From Patescibacteria group bacterium (GTDB lineage: Bacteria; Patescibacteriota; Microgenomatia; UBA1400; PJMF01): a stretch of DNA of 64,000 bases. The stretch is from the NCBI GenBank assembly GCA_039934415.1, contig JBDTME010000001.1:265417-329416 (forward strand), given 5' to 3'. The translations under genes and the position numbers were made by a program. Of this stretch, positions 9,767-20,814 are shown one piece after another (position 1 is the first letter of the stretch; the number at the start of each line of letters is the position of its first letter). The notes under the pieces were generated by a model. It had not been told where the DNA came from. It ran no database searches and saw only the letters and a program-made list of their open reading frames with translations.

Positions 9767-11281
9767 ATGCTGGCAAAAATCTTTTCAGTTACTCATCTTG
9801 CCCTAGAAACGTTAACAGTAGAAGTTGAGGTTAATGCTGGTCGAGGTAAACCAAACATATATATTGTCGGTTTGCCAAGCAAAGCTGTTCAAGAATCGGA
9901 GCAGCGAGTAAAAACAGCACTGCAAAACTGTGGCCTTAAGTTCCCAGCCAAAAAAATTACAATCAATTTAGCGCCTGCAGATATTATTAAAGAAGGTCCT
10001 CTCTTTGATCTTCCTATCGCCATCGGCATTCTAAATGCGTTCGGATACATTGAACTCGGAGATAATATTCCCATGTTTCTCGGCGAGCTTTCTCTTGATG
10101 GCAGAGTTCGCAGAGTCAAAGGTGTACTCCCCGCTGTTCTTCACGCGCGTGCTCACGGTTTTTCTCATATTGTCATTCCCAAAGAAAACGAATCAGAGGT
10201 TAATATCATTTCTGGTATTATCATTCATCCTATTCAACACATCTCACAACTTATAGAACACTATGAAATGAAAGCACAATTACCATGTATCATTCCTCAG
10301 GCATTTGGCCATGGAACGTCACAAGTTCATACCACAGACTTTGCAGATATTGCAGGTCAGCAAACTGCCAAAAGAGCTTTGGAAATTGCTGCAGCGGGTG
10401 CTCACAATGTCTTGATGAACGGCAGCCCAGGCAGCGGTAAATCCATGTTGGCTAAAGCAGTAGTTTCAATTCTCCCACCACTCACTGAGGAAGAAGCTAT
10501 CGAGGTGACAACAATTTATTCCGTTACAGGCATGACACTAGAAGGTCTGATCTCACGACGACCTTTTAGAGCACCACATCATACAATTTCAGAAGTTGGT
10601 TTAATTGGCGGAAGTAGCAAGTTGAAACCTGGAGAGATCTCACTTGCTCATCGAGGAGTGTTATTCATGGATGAATTCCCTGAGTTCACGCAAAATAGTC
10701 TCGAAAGTCTACGACAGCCAATGGAAGATCATACTATTAGTATTACTCGAGCATCTGGATCTACCAGCTATCCCGCCCACTTCACGCTCGTCGCGGCTGC
10801 AAATCCTTGCCCCTGTGGGTACTTACTATCGAAAAAAAAAGAGTGCCAATGCCAACCTCACTCGATTGAACACTACAAAAGAAAATTATCAGGTCCAATT
10901 CTAGATCGGATTGATCTGCACGTTAATGTTCAGGAAGTAGAATCGACAACATTGTTCACACATCAAAGTAAAAATTTAGAACATTCAGAGGCCATATTGG
11001 AAAGAGTATTGTTGGCTCGCGAAATTCAACGACAACGATTTAAAAACTCTTCGTTTCTAACAAATGGTGAACTTGACTCAAAGGCTGTCAAACAATTTTG
11101 CGTGCTCACACCTGAAGCAAGAGCATTGCTGGAACATGCCATGATAAAATTAAAACTGTCGGCGCGGAGTTTTTTTAAATTGATTAAAATTGCACAAACG
11201 ATCGCTGATTTAGAGGCTGCACCCAACATCCAAAAACAGCACTTATCGGAGGCTATCCAATATCGGCCCAACGCATTCTGA
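9767..11281 (+). CDS. comM: YifB/ComM Mg-chelatase-like AAA+ ATPase
   Basis: IVGLP, NLAPAD, GELSLDG, GSPGSGKS, RPFRAPHH, LAHRGVLFMDE, NPCPCG. Confidence 0.92.
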   Translation: MLAKIFSVTHLALETLTVEVEVNAGRGKPNIYIVGLPSKAVQESEQRVKTALQNCGLKFPAKKITINLAPADIIKEGPLFDLPIAIGILNAFGYIELGDNIPMFLGELSLDGRVRRVKGVLPAVLHARAHGFSHIVIPKENESEVNIISGIIIHPIQHISQLIEHYEMKAQLPCIIPQAFGHGTSQVHTTDFADIAGQQTAKRALEIAAAGAHNVLMNGSPGSGKSMLAKAVVSILPPLTEEEAIEVTTIYSVTGMTLEGLISRRPFRAPHHTISEVGLIGGSSKLKPGEISLAHRGVLFMDEFPEFTQNSLESLRQPMEDHTISITRASGSTSYPAHFTLVAAANPCPCGYLLSKKKECQCQPHSIEHYKRKLSGPILDRIDLHVNVQEVESTTLFTHQSKNLEHSEAILERVLLAREIQRQRFKNSSFLTNGELDSKAVKQFCVLTPEARALLEHAMIKLKLSARSFFKLIKIAQTIADLEAAPNIQKQHLSEAIQYRPNAF

Positions 11282-11355
11282 TATTCAAGGTAAGTAAAAA
11301 TTGGAAAAAAAACGCTGAGTGGTATATGCTACTATCCATCAATTGAAAGGAACGT

Positions 11356-12078
11356 ATGAAAGGTATCATTCTCGCCGGAGGAAGCGGCACTCGTCTTCGT
11401 CCACTCACCAAGGTCACCAGCAAACAACTCTTGCCGATCTACAATAAACCGATGATTTTCTATCCATTAGAAACATTAATGACAGCAGGGATTACAGACA
11501 TTCTAATCATAGTCGCCCCTGAAAGAGCAGGTGATTTCCTTAACTTGTTGGGCAGTGGAAAAGAGTTTGGATGCAAATTTACATATGAAATTCAAGACAA
11601 ACCAGAAGGTCTTTCGCAAGCTTTTATTATCGGAAAAAATTTCATTGGTAATGATTCAGTTTGCTTAATTTTAGGAGACAATTTATACGAAGATAATTTC
11701 TCGGAGGCGATTAATTCGTTTAAGTCTGGTGCTCGGATTTTTGCAAAAGAAGTCTCCGATCCTGAACGCTATGGAGTAGTTGATTTTGACGAAAATCACA
11801 AAGCGATTTCTATTGTTGAGAAACCAACCGAACCTAAATCTAACTTTGCAGTAACAGGATGTTATATCTACGACAATACCGTCATTGAAAAAGTGAATAA
11901 TCTGAAGCCATCTCCTCGAGGTGAATTAGAGATTACCGACTTAAACATGGTGTATCTCAATGAAGGAACTCTCGATGTTGCTTTTGTAAAAGGCAAATGG
12001 ATGGACACTGGTACATTTGAATCAATGTATGAAGCCATCACATTTGCGAGGGAAAGAGAGTTAGCCAAGAAAGTGTAG
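11356..12078 (+). CDS. rfbA: Glucose-1-phosphate thymidylyltransferase (short form)
   Basis: GIILAGGSGTRL, KQLLPIYNKPM, PSPRGELEITD, WMDTGT. Confidence 0.9.
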   Translation: MKGIILAGGSGTRLRPLTKVTSKQLLPIYNKPMIFYPLETLMTAGITDILIIVAPERAGDFLNLLGSGKEFGCKFTYEIQDKPEGLSQAFIIGKNFIGNDSVCLILGDNLYEDNFSEAINSFKSGARIFAKEVSDPERYGVVDFDENHKAISIVEKPTEPKSNFAVTGCYIYDNTVIEKVNNLKPSPRGELEITDLNMVYLNEGTLDVAFVKGKWMDTGTFESMYEAITFARERELAKKV

Positions 12079-12105
12079 TCCTCTTTTTCATGCTACAATA
12101 ATTTC

Positions 12106-12930
12106 ATGCGGAAAACATTTTGCATCGTTTTGTGTTTGATTACTATGGTCTTCGTACAGAGTCCAGGGTTAGTAATTGCCCAAGTGAATCCAGAGATAAC
12201 AGTAATTCCCCAACAAATAGATCCTAATAAGCTTCCCAGTTTGCAACAAACGTATTTTGCACAACTAGAGGAGTACCGCAATCAAGAACAAAAGTACCTC
12301 GTTGCCAAAAATCAGTATCATCAACTTAATACATTAGCTTCCCAAGAAGTTGCTGTTGCTGAAACAAGACAGTTACTGTCTTTACGTGCGAACGTATTTC
12401 TTACGTATATTGAAATATTGGATGAGTTATTAAATCAAGGTAAAGGTATACCATTAGAAAATAAAAATCCAGAACGAGTCTTTTTATCACTTCTTACTGA
12501 CAAAGTACAAATCCACAAAAGTGCAGTTGAATCGGCACAAAACCGGTTTGCAATCGACCAAGAATCTATTAATTTCGCACCAACCTACAAATTACTTGAA
12601 TCTCACACATACTACATCTTGAGTCTAATCAAACTGGGGGATATGCAAGTAGCCTATGACAAATTGCTTATCGCCCGAGATGTAGTCAAATCATACGTTC
12701 AGGATCAGACTCTAAGTACAGCAGTACGTGCCGAGAAAGACCGCGGATTTGACGAAATTGAACGGAATATCAAAGTAATGGATAAAACCTTTACTCCAAT
12801 CAAAACAAAAGTATACTCTTCATCCGAGAATAAAAATTTGTCTGCATACTCACAACTTTCGTCAGAACTAAGCCCAGTGTATGCCCAAATAAACCAGGTC
12901 ATCCAGTTTCTAGAAGAAGTCAGGAAATAA
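12106..12930 (+). CDS. Secreted helical hypothetical protein
   Basis: Signal peptide, 274-aa ORF, extended -10 just upstream. Confidence 0.7.
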   Translation: MRKTFCIVLCLITMVFVQSPGLVIAQVNPEITVIPQQIDPNKLPSLQQTYFAQLEEYRNQEQKYLVAKNQYHQLNTLASQEVAVAETRQLLSLRANVFLTYIEILDELLNQGKGIPLENKNPERVFLSLLTDKVQIHKSAVESAQNRFAIDQESINFAPTYKLLESHTYYILSLIKLGDMQVAYDKLLIARDVVKSYVQDQTLSTAVRAEKDRGFDEIERNIKVMDKTFTPIKTKVYSSSENKNLSAYSQLSSELSPVYAQINQVIQFLEEVRK

Positions 12931-12935
12931 TTATT

Positions 12936-13304
12936 ATGACAGATCAATATTTCATCGAAAATCAAACTGTCTTCGCTGAAGAAGAGCCGTATCACATTGC
13001 AAATCAGAAGAAAAAGAAATTGGACGAGACACTGGCTGTGAAGAAACCTCGAAAATTACTATATTTAGGTGGCGCCTTTGCCCTAGTTTTTTTCCTTTTG
13101 ATCGGAGTTGCTGCCACCTTGATGAAACAACAATCGACACCTTCTGTTCTGGTCGTTACGCCTACTGCCACTCCTCTACCCCAAAGCACGTCTCAAATTG
13201 ACCAAGTTATGTCAGAACTTAGGATGACAGTTGATAATGCTGATCCTTCCAAAACAACACTACCTTTTCCTCCGGTGGCTGACCAAATTCACATCAACCA
13301 ATAG
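12936..13304 (+). CDS. Single-TM hypothetical protein
   Basis: One hydrophobic helix followed by a PT-rich linker. Confidence 0.65.
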   Translation: MTDQYFIENQTVFAEEEPYHIANQKKKKLDETLAVKKPRKLLYLGGAFALVFFLLIGVAATLMKQQSTPSVLVVTPTATPLPQSTSQIDQVMSELRMTVDNADPSKTTLPFPPVADQIHINQ

Positions 13305-13392
13305 GCGTCATTTAGCTTGATACAAGAGATTTTTTTGTGATTAACGTTTTTTTTGGTACAATACCCCTTAATACTGCTATTTACTATCTCCT

Positions 13393-13716
13393 ATGACAGT
13401 CCAACAACTCACCCAACAATATGAAGAAATTGGCATACTTTTAAATGAAAAATGGCCAATTGACGATAAAAATAAACGAATCTTTGCCAGAACGATGAAG
13501 ATTGTCGAGGAGTTTGGGGAGTTGGCAGACGAGATTCTAACGAGCATGAACTTACAGAGAAATACAAAAATTGAGAATTTTTCCAGATTAAACGTAGAAG
13601 ACGAGTTCGCAGATGTCCTGGGCTCTCTCATTTTACTCGCCATTGAACTTGATATTGACGTTGAGACAGTGATGAAACGAAAAATTGAATTGACACGAAA
13701 GAGATTTGGCAAGTAA
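13393..13716 (+). CDS. MazG-like nucleotide pyrophosphohydrolase
   Basis: KIVEEFGELAD and EDEFADVL motifs. Confidence 0.82.
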   Translation: MTVQQLTQQYEEIGILLNEKWPIDDKNKRIFARTMKIVEEFGELADEILTSMNLQRNTKIENFSRLNVEDEFADVLGSLILLAIELDIDVETVMKRKIELTRKRFGK

Positions 13717-13722
13717 TCTGCC

Positions 13723-14466
13723 TTATTTTTTGGCGAACTGGGTTTTCTCTTTATTGACCATTGTACCCACACTGTCGCCCATTACTGCTTTCTCCAAATT
13801 ATTTCCCTCAAACAACTTGAAGACCATAATTGCCATGTTATTTTCATTACACATTGCTAAAGCTGCGGTATCCATTACTTGAATATCAGACATCTCGATC
13901 GCATCTTTGAAGTTTAAGACTTCGTAGCGCTTGGCATCTGGATATTTAACAGGATCTCGATCATAGACTCCATCTACTTTTGTTGCCTTCATCACGACAT
14001 CACAGTGTAACTCCAGGGCATGTAGTGAAGCACCAGTATCGGTCGTGACGTAAGGATTACCAGTACCTGCACCAATTATGACCACGCGACCTTTTTCCAT
14101 GTGACGAATCGCTTTTCTTCGCACAAATGGTTCGGCTACAGAAGTCATGGATAATGCTGATTGAACTCGAGTTGGAATCCCAAGCTTTTCCAATGCATCT
14201 TGAAGAGCTAACGCATTCATGACAGTAGCTAACATCCCCATATAGTCAGCTGTAGCCCGTTCGATGCCATTCTTGGATCCAGATATGCCTCTGAAAATAT
14301 TCCCTCCGCCGATGACAACGGCAACTTGCACTCCTTTGGCGTACACTGCTCGAATTTGTTGCGCAACCAATTCAGCCGCATCAGGATCGATACCGTACTC
14401 GCGTTTTCCCAACATTGACTCACCACCCACTTTGAGAAGAATTCGATTGAAACGAGTACCTGACAT
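13723..14466 (-). CDS. pyrH: UMP kinase
   Basis: ILLKVGGE, GGGNIFRG, ADYMGMLAT, GTGNPY, KATKVDGVY. Confidence 0.96.
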   Translation of the reverse strand: MSGTRFNRILLKVGGESMLGKREYGIDPDAAELVAQQIRAVYAKGVQVAVVIGGGNIFRGISGSKNGIERATADYMGMLATVMNALALQDALEKLGIPTRVQSALSMTSVAEPFVRRKAIRHMEKGRVVIIGAGTGNPYVTTDTGASLHALELHCDVVMKATKVDGVYDRDPVKYPDAKRYEVLNFKDAIEMSDIQVMDTAALAMCNENNMAIMVFKLFEGNNLEKAVMGDSVGTMVNKEKTQFAKK

Positions 14467-14613
14467 ATACGCCTTCTTTCTTTTGATAAAGTGTACCCAA
14501 AAAGAACTGATAAATCAAATAGATCTCACTATTGTTTCTACGATTGATCAGAAACTTAATTATAAAATTGTTCTAGAAAAAAGTACAGCCGGGGCTTTTA
14601 AAGCCACTATTAC

Positions 14614-16113
14614 CTATACCTTTTCCGTAACCCGATATTCAATGTACTTTCCCAGCATCAGACGAGTGTGTGCATCTATACCAGGAAGAGCAGAGAAAAA
14701 GAAACCTAGGAATGGCAACATAAGGAACTCTAATGGTTGGGTAATGATGGAGTACAGCTTTCCCAAGAAACTTGTATGAGGTCTTGGTGGTCGATTTCGA
14801 GCATCAATCATGAAAATAATGACCATCGAAACCAGCGATAATGTAAGTAAAGTGGATGTAACCTGAGGCAGAGTCGTCCCTAAAATGGTCCGATTGAACT
14901 GCTCGTTCAAGAGTGGCGGTAAGAAAGCAGAAACAGTAATTGCAAACCAGTTCACGGGCCAAAGAAAATGATCTTCCATTGTCTTCAACACTCTAATTGT
15001 TTTATCCCAAAAGGGAATTCCATCAGCCAGAATGTACTGCTTAATAATATATGCATCATCGCTGACACCCCAAGCCCATCTTTTGAGCTGTTCATATTGA
15101 TTTACCATCGTTGCCCACCAACCGTGGGATTCAGCTGCATCGGCAAATACAGTTAGGAATAAAGGTTCTACCTCCACTTTCCCTTTAGTAGCAAAGTAAG
15201 CTTTGAAAAAGAGCCGGTAATCCTCTGGAATCACATTGGTATCCCAGTACCCAATATTATGAATTAGACGCAATGAAGTCGAGTATGTAGAGAAATTAAT
15301 CAGTCTATCTTGTCTCATTAAAATGAACATCTGATTCACTGAAAAAACAGATGCCATGACACGAACAGGTGCAGGAACTCGCCAAATATTATTGTAAAAC
15401 GAAATGCTCGCCTGCCAAATTCGAAAGTATTTATGAGGATGTGTTAAGAATTTATATGTTAAACACGCAAAATAGGATCGATGGAACAACGCATCAGCAT
15501 CTTCACTCGAGATAGTTAAGTTATCTATCAATAAACCTTCCTTATCCACCAACAGCTTTTTAGCTTGTTTGGCTCCCCAACTCGTGTTCGAAGACTTCCC
15601 TTTCACTTCACCTTCAATGTCAGGATGGTAGGTATCCCAGAGATGACCAAATAATTTGCCGTACTTAGCCTGTAATTCTTTCGCTTTCTGTTGAGCTGCT
15701 TCTCCTTCGCGTTCCTCAAACGACAACATGATGTGTAAGTGGTCGAGCGGATACGTCTGTTGAGATAAATGATGAAGTGAACGTTCTAGAATTTCCCGAG
15801 GCTCTTTGTAGGTAGGAATCACGATAATGTGATGAATATTTTGCCAATCCGGCAAGGATTGAACGTCTTTCATCCAATCATGTTTTGAAGCGGCTTTGAT
15901 TCGCACATTCGCTACCACGGCAAGCACAGCGAGCGTGACAGAACGGTATAGCCAATACACTGAGAAACCAATCACGTAATAGGCAACAAACTCGGGAATG
16001 ATAAAAGATCCCCAAAAAGGAAACAAAATGAGCGACCAAGACACAAAACCTGGCAAGATTTCTAAAAATCTCTGGGTTTTGACTGGATGACGGCGAACGT
16101 ATCGTTTAAACAT
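14614..16113 (-). CDS. Membrane glycosyltransferase family 2
   Basis: IPTYKE, DAD, PED, QLKRW; flanking TM helices. Confidence 0.85.
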   Translation of the reverse strand: MFKRYVRRHPVKTQRFLEILPGFVSWSLILFPFWGSFIIPEFVAYYVIGFSVYWLYRSVTLAVLAVVANVRIKAASKHDWMKDVQSLPDWQNIHHIIVIPTYKEPREILERSLHHLSQQTYPLDHLHIMLSFEEREGEAAQQKAKELQAKYGKLFGHLWDTYHPDIEGEVKGKSSNTSWGAKQAKKLLVDKEGLLIDNLTISSEDADALFHRSYFACLTYKFLTHPHKYFRIWQASISFYNNIWRVPAPVRVMASVFSVNQMFILMRQDRLINFSTYSTSLRLIHNIGYWDTNVIPEDYRLFFKAYFATKGKVEVEPLFLTVFADAAESHGWWATMVNQYEQLKRWAWGVSDDAYIIKQYILADGIPFWDKTIRVLKTMEDHFLWPVNWFAITVSAFLPPLLNEQFNRTILGTTLPQVTSTLLTLSLVSMVIIFMIDARNRPPRPHTSFLGKLYSIITQPLEFLMLPFLGFFFSALPGIDAHTRLMLGKYIEYRVTEKV

Positions 16114-16137
16114 ACTAGGTACAAAATTGATTTTAAA

Positions 16138-16998
16138 CTATATTTTAAAGAGTCGCTCTGCATTCTCAGCAAAACTCGTTCGATCTACTTTCAGTTCACT
16201 CTCAATATATTCTACAGTTTTTGCAAGCATCCAGGGCTCACAAGTTTTCCCCCGAAATTCCTGAGGGGGTAAAAAAGGAGCATCTGTCTCGACAAGTCTC
16301 TTATTCATAGGCACGATGGCAAAAATATCTCTAATCTGTTGTGCCTTAGGATAAGTGATGTTACCATCAAACCCCATATAGCCACCCATTTCAATCGCCA
16401 CTTTAACATATGAAATCGGCCCAGATACACAATGCAAAGTGAATTTTGAAATGTTATGTTTTTGCATCACTTCCAACGCATCCCAGTACGCATTATTCGC
16501 AATCTTTTCTTCACTAATTGCTTTATCACGAACATGCAGAATAAGTGGCAAATCTTTTTTTTGTGCCAATTCAACGTGTTTTTCAAACGCTTTTTTTTGT
16601 ATATCAATAACCACCGATCGTTCTTCTCCATCAGCTGGGAGCCGAAAATAATCTAAACCAGTTTCGCCAATCGCAACCACTTTTTTATCATCTAAGATCA
16701 AATTGAGCTCTTCAATGTCTGTCTCCATATCTTCAAATAAAGAATCAAAAGAAGCAACTTTATGTTGTTCAGCATCTTGAAAACTCTCGTGGTAAATGGT
16801 GGGATGACAACCAACGCTCGCAAACAAACCTTCAGTTTTGGAAGCGATTTGAGTCGCGACAGTTGAGGAAAGAAAATCAGTGCCGACAACTATCGACTTG
16901 GTAATGCCGTTTTTCTGTGCTGTTTCCCAGTGTTCTGACCAATCATTACTATTAAATAGTGTTTCAAGATTGTAGTGAACGTGCGTATCAATAATCAT
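16138..16998 (-). CDS. tatD: TatD family hydrolase
   Basis: IDTHVH, VGCHP, AIGETGLDY, LHVRD, VETDAPFL. Confidence 0.92.
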   Translation of the reverse strand: MIIDTHVHYNLETLFNSNDWSEHWETAQKNGITKSIVVGTDFLSSTVATQIASKTEGLFASVGCHPTIYHESFQDAEQHKVASFDSLFEDMETDIEELNLILDDKKVVAIGETGLDYFRLPADGEERSVVIDIQKKAFEKHVELAQKKDLPLILHVRDKAISEEKIANNAYWDALEVMQKHNISKFTLHCVSGPISYVKVAIEMGGYMGFDGNITYPKAQQIRDIFAIVPMNKRLVETDAPFLPPQEFRGKTCEPWMLAKTVEYIESELKVDRTSFAENAERLFKI

Positions 16999-17005
16999 GC
17001 AAACC

Positions 17006-18424
17006 TCACTGTAATCGGGGGAAAAGTGGTTCCATTGCTGTAATCTTTTCTTGACTGAAACGATTTAAAATCTGTTTGGCTGTTTTGGGCATGAATGGCT
17101 CAAGGTGAAAAGCGATATAACAAATCTGCTCGACGGCTGCTTCTAAAATTTCCCGCAACTCTTCACCTTCTTTTTTCCAAGGCTGAGAGTCTGCTAGTGA
17201 TTTATCGAGCTGAGCTACCAACTCCATCACAATTTCCATCGCTTTATCAAGTTCAGATGCTACCATGAATTTGTTATAGGCATCAGAGAATTTTAAAGTG
17301 ATCGGGGGAAACTGTAACTGAGATTTTTCACACAGCTTTGCGACGCGTGAACACAAATTACCTAGTCCATTGGCAAGATCTGCCGTATAAATCTCGGCAA
17401 ACTTTTCATAACTGAAGTCACCATCTGCATGGGTCGGAATATACTTAAGTAAATAATATCGGATTGTTTCTATCTCGTATTTTTTCACTAATTCGAATGG
17501 ATCAATAACATTCCCTAATGATTTGCTCATTTTTTGACCGTTGGCAGTAATGTACCCATGAACAGACACCGATTTTGGTGTGGGCAGACCAGCTGATAAC
17601 AGCATCCCAATCCAATATACGGAATGAAATCGATTGATCCCTTTACCAATTACATGGACATCTGCAGGCCAGTACTTTTCAAATAAAGCCTGATCGTATC
17701 CCCAACCAACTCCTGTCAAATAAATCGACAAAGCATCGAACCAGACATACATTACCTGGTCAGAATCATCAGGTACTGGTACGCCAATGCCTCGACCACG
17801 CACATTTGAACGGGATACACTAAAATCTTTTAGACCAGAACGGACAAATCCCAACATCTCCTGCTTGAACTGATCAGACACAATCTGAAGTTTGTCGGAA
17901 ACAATCAGTTGCTCTATTTGATTCTGATATTTGGATAATTTAAAAAACCAATTTTCCTCTTCGACTGTTTCAGGCACTGTTAAATGTTCCGGACATTTTC
18001 CATCGACTAATTCATCTTGAGTATAGAACTGCTCACATCCGAGACAGTACAACCCCGTATATGTTTTCTTATACATGTCATGCTTACATAACTCCCACAG
18101 CTTCTGAACACCTGGCCAGTGCTTTTCTTTATCACTACCTCGTCGAAACGAATCAACCTCAACTCCAAACTCAGCAAAAGCATCTTCAAAAATTTTCGAG
18201 TACTCATCGAGCCACGCTTGAGGTTCTTTGCCAGCTTTTTCTGCTGCTTGTACATTTTTGAGACTGTTCTCATCTGCACCGCAAGTAAAAAAAACATCCT
18301 GACCGAGCAACTTGTGATAACGCACAATCGTATCAGCCTGAAACCATTCCAACACATGACCTAAATGTGGCTTAGCATTGACGTATGGGATTGCTGCGGT
18401 GAGGTAAAAAGTGTTATCTGACAT
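17006..18424 (-). CDS. metG: Methionine--tRNA ligase
   Basis: PYVNAKPHLGH, YVWFDAL, KMSKS. Confidence 0.96.
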   Translation of the reverse strand: MSDNTFYLTAAIPYVNAKPHLGHVLEWFQADTIVRYHKLLGQDVFFTCGADENSLKNVQAAEKAGKEPQAWLDEYSKIFEDAFAEFGVEVDSFRRGSDKEKHWPGVQKLWELCKHDMYKKTYTGLYCLGCEQFYTQDELVDGKCPEHLTVPETVEEENWFFKLSKYQNQIEQLIVSDKLQIVSDQFKQEMLGFVRSGLKDFSVSRSNVRGRGIGVPVPDDSDQVMYVWFDALSIYLTGVGWGYDQALFEKYWPADVHVIGKGINRFHSVYWIGMLLSAGLPTPKSVSVHGYITANGQKMSKSLGNVIDPFELVKKYEIETIRYYLLKYIPTHADGDFSYEKFAEIYTADLANGLGNLCSRVAKLCEKSQLQFPPITLKFSDAYNKFMVASELDKAMEIVMELVAQLDKSLADSQPWKKEGEELREILEAAVEQICYIAFHLEPFMPKTAKQILNRFSQEKITAMEPLFPRLQ

Positions 18425-18446
18425 GAAGGAATTATAGCTTAGGACG

Positions 18447-18797
18447 TCAATTCGAGGTAGAGGGATGCCAAATTAAGCCAGCACATATAAGTTGCATAGC
18501 GAATACTCTATCTAAATCACTAACTACTAAGGCTTCTGCAACGAGAGTAGACATTATTTCTATGGAAATGTACTGATCAAGAATCAAGGTCAATTCTAAG
18601 CTTTCATTTCTCTCGTCTTCTTCTTTAGTCAGTACGATATACGCATTAAATTTGTCCAAAAAGACACCATACTCATGGAACAACTTGTATGAAATGTGTG
18701 TTCTATAATTGGCAAGCTGTTCAGATTCGAATTGAGTACTTGCAGGTTTTATGCGAAGAGAGACAGCAAATGATTTACTTGATTTGTTTTCTATCAC
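18447..18797 (-). CDS. Hypothetical protein
   Basis: 116-aa ORF coupled to the upstream gene. Confidence 0.5.
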   Translation of the reverse strand: MIENKSSKSFAVSLRIKPASTQFESEQLANYRTHISYKLFHEYGVFLDKFNAYIVLTKEEDERNESLELTLILDQYISIEIMSTLVAEALVVSDLDRVFAMQLICAGLIWHPSTSN

Positions 18798-19213
18798 TAC
18801 AGAGGTTGGCTAATTTTAAATAACTTGAAAAAATTTTTACTCGTCTGATCTGCCCATTTTTCAGTGCTTATTTTTTTGAGGGCAAGTTTTAGTCCTTCTG
18901 ATTTCATCATTTCAGCTACAGATGAAATGGTTGCGCTGGAAACTCCAAATTCTTTTCGAATAGCATCATAGGATTTACCTGACTGCAACTCGAGAGCGAT
19001 GGCTAGACGTTTGGCAAAAGTGAGTCGTTCTGAGTCAGAGAGGAAGTCGAGTAAAAAAGTCTGAGACTCTTGAACACTTCTTAGGTCGGTAATGACTTGG
19101 AAAAATGTCTGAACTATTTCATCTGCAGAATTTTGAGATAAAACAGATGGACTGTTTTTTTTCTTCTTCACTTCTGTTGATTTTTCAGTTGATTTCTTGG
19201 TGGTTTTTTTCAC
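18797..19213 (-). CDS. TrpR-like (YerC/YecD) HTH protein
   Basis: FLLDFLSDSE..FAKRLAIA..L..GKSYDAI....GVSSATIS. Confidence 0.82.
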   Translation of the reverse strand: MKKTTKKSTEKSTEVKKKKNSPSVLSQNSADEIVQTFFQVITDLRSVQESQTFLLDFLSDSERLTFAKRLAIALELQSGKSYDAIRKEFGVSSATISSVAEMMKSEGLKLALKKISTEKWADQTSKNFFKLFKISQPL

Positions 19214-19225
19214 AGCCGGGTTATA

Positions 19226-19606
19226 TCACCTTTCCCTCAAGACTGTCAAGATAGTCTCGAGGAAAGCAAACGGGAAAATGATGTATATGAAAGCACCAAT
19301 ATTAAGTACGTGTTGAAACTGCAACCAGACTAAAATTGTCAGGCAACTTGCCCACATCACGGCCCGACGAACATTAAGTGTCACAAATAACAAACCACAG
19401 CTTGAACAAATAAAGAAAGCCAAAATAACTGGTAAAAAACTGCTCGGAAAAAGGATGTCTCGGATTTCACCTGGGGAGACAGAGAAAAGAATCCAAATGA
19501 GCACTACAAAACAGAAAGCTGATGCAATACCCGCTGGCAAATAATCTGACCGAACAACTGGTTGTTTAATAGGACTAACGGTGTGCAAAGAGTGTAGTTG
19601 AGGCAT
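19226..19606 (-). CDS. Membrane hypothetical protein (about 4 TM)
   Basis: Hydrophobic ORF; start uncertain, MPQLH preferred to avoid overlap with rmuC. Confidence 0.6.
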   Translation of the reverse strand: MPQLHSLHTVSPIKQPVVRSDYLPAGIASAFCFVVLIWILFSVSPGEIRDILFPSSFLPVILAFFICSSCGLLFVTLNVRRAVMWASCLTILVWLQFQHVLNIGAFIYIIFPFAFLETILTVLRER

Positions 19607-19640
19607 GGCTGGATAAGGTATATAGAGTATACTATTTTTC

Positions 19641-20747
19641 ATGGATTTACTTTCACTCGCTATTATTATTGTCGTTTTGATCGCTGGCTTCGGTGCTCTA
19701 ATTTTTGTACTTAAAAAAACTTTGACGCCTCAAAATCAGGAGCAAAATTTAGAAGCGATGGTCAACAAAGTCTTCGGTCTGACTGCGAATCAGCTCGCTC
19801 AACAAAGTAAGCAATTATTGAGTGCAGAAAAAGAAGTGATTCAAACTGATTTGATGAATAAAGAACGTTCAATCCAGAAAATGGTCGAGCAAATTAAAAC
19901 AGAAATTGATGAGCGGCAAAAGGAGATTCGAGCACTAGAACAAGATCGGAATAAATCATATGCCTCAATCAAAGAATCGATAGAGCAGCACAGGGAAATT
20001 ACTAAGGAGTTAAAAACGACGACAGACTCTCTTGCGAAGGTATTGTCTAATAATCAACAACGTGGCGAGTGGGGCGAACGTATTATTGAAGATTTATTAC
20101 AGTCCTCCGGCTTTGTGGAAGGCGTTCATTATGTTCGTCAGGCAAAACTCGGCGCAGGTTCTGATCGACCAGATATTACATTGATGTTGCCGAATAAACG
20201 AGTCGTTCCCGTGGATGTAAAATTCCCATACTCTGAAATGCAAAAAATGGTCACGACTGATTCAAAACAACAAAAAGAAATTCATGAAAAACAGTTCGCC
20301 ATAGACGTCAAACAAAAGATTAAAAAGGTCGCGTTGTACATTCGTCCGGAAGACGACACTCTCGATTACGCCATTTTGTTCGTACCAAATGAGATGGTCT
20401 TTTCATTCATTAATCAAAAATATCCTGAACTCATTTCTGAAGCAATTCGGATGCGCGTGATGATCGTCTCACCATTCACATTTTTAATTGTGGCGCGAAC
20501 AATCATGGAAAGTTATCGCAACTTCATGATGGAGAGTAATCTGCGTTCCATTGTCAAACAAATCGGTGAGTTCGCCAAAGAATGGGAAATGTTTATCGAT
20601 GAATTTGACACTTTTGGTAAAAACATTGGAAAACTAGACGAAAGCTATCACAAAATTCGAGATACCAGACACAAACAAATGAGTAGAAAAATCGAACACA
20701 TCGAGAAGTTTAAACATGGTGATGAGAAGGCTTCATTGAATCAGTGA
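19641..20747 (+). CDS. rmuC: DNA recombination protein RmuC
   Basis: N-terminal TM, coiled coil, RGEWGE, RPD, VDVKFP, YAILFVPNE. Confidence 0.92.
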   Translation: MDLLSLAIIIVVLIAGFGALIFVLKKTLTPQNQEQNLEAMVNKVFGLTANQLAQQSKQLLSAEKEVIQTDLMNKERSIQKMVEQIKTEIDERQKEIRALEQDRNKSYASIKESIEQHREITKELKTTTDSLAKVLSNNQQRGEWGERIIEDLLQSSGFVEGVHYVRQAKLGAGSDRPDITLMLPNKRVVPVDVKFPYSEMQKMVTTDSKQQKEIHEKQFAIDVKQKIKKVALYIRPEDDTLDYAILFVPNEMVFSFINQKYPELISEAIRMRVMIVSPFTFLIVARTIMESYRNFMMESNLRSIVKQIGEFAKEWEMFIDEFDTFGKNIGKLDESYHKIRDTRHKQMSRKIEHIEKFKHGDEKASLNQ

Positions 20748-20774
20748 TTTCTATTTTTTCGTGAAAGTGAAAGT

Positions 20775-20814
20775 AAAAAACGGTTGACCAATTGGGGAAT
20801 CAGTCAACCGTTTT
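20775..20814 (-). terminator. Intrinsic terminator (possibly bidirectional with rmuC)
   Basis: AAAACGGTTGAC/GTCAACCGTTTT stem followed by T6 on the minus strand. Confidence 0.75.
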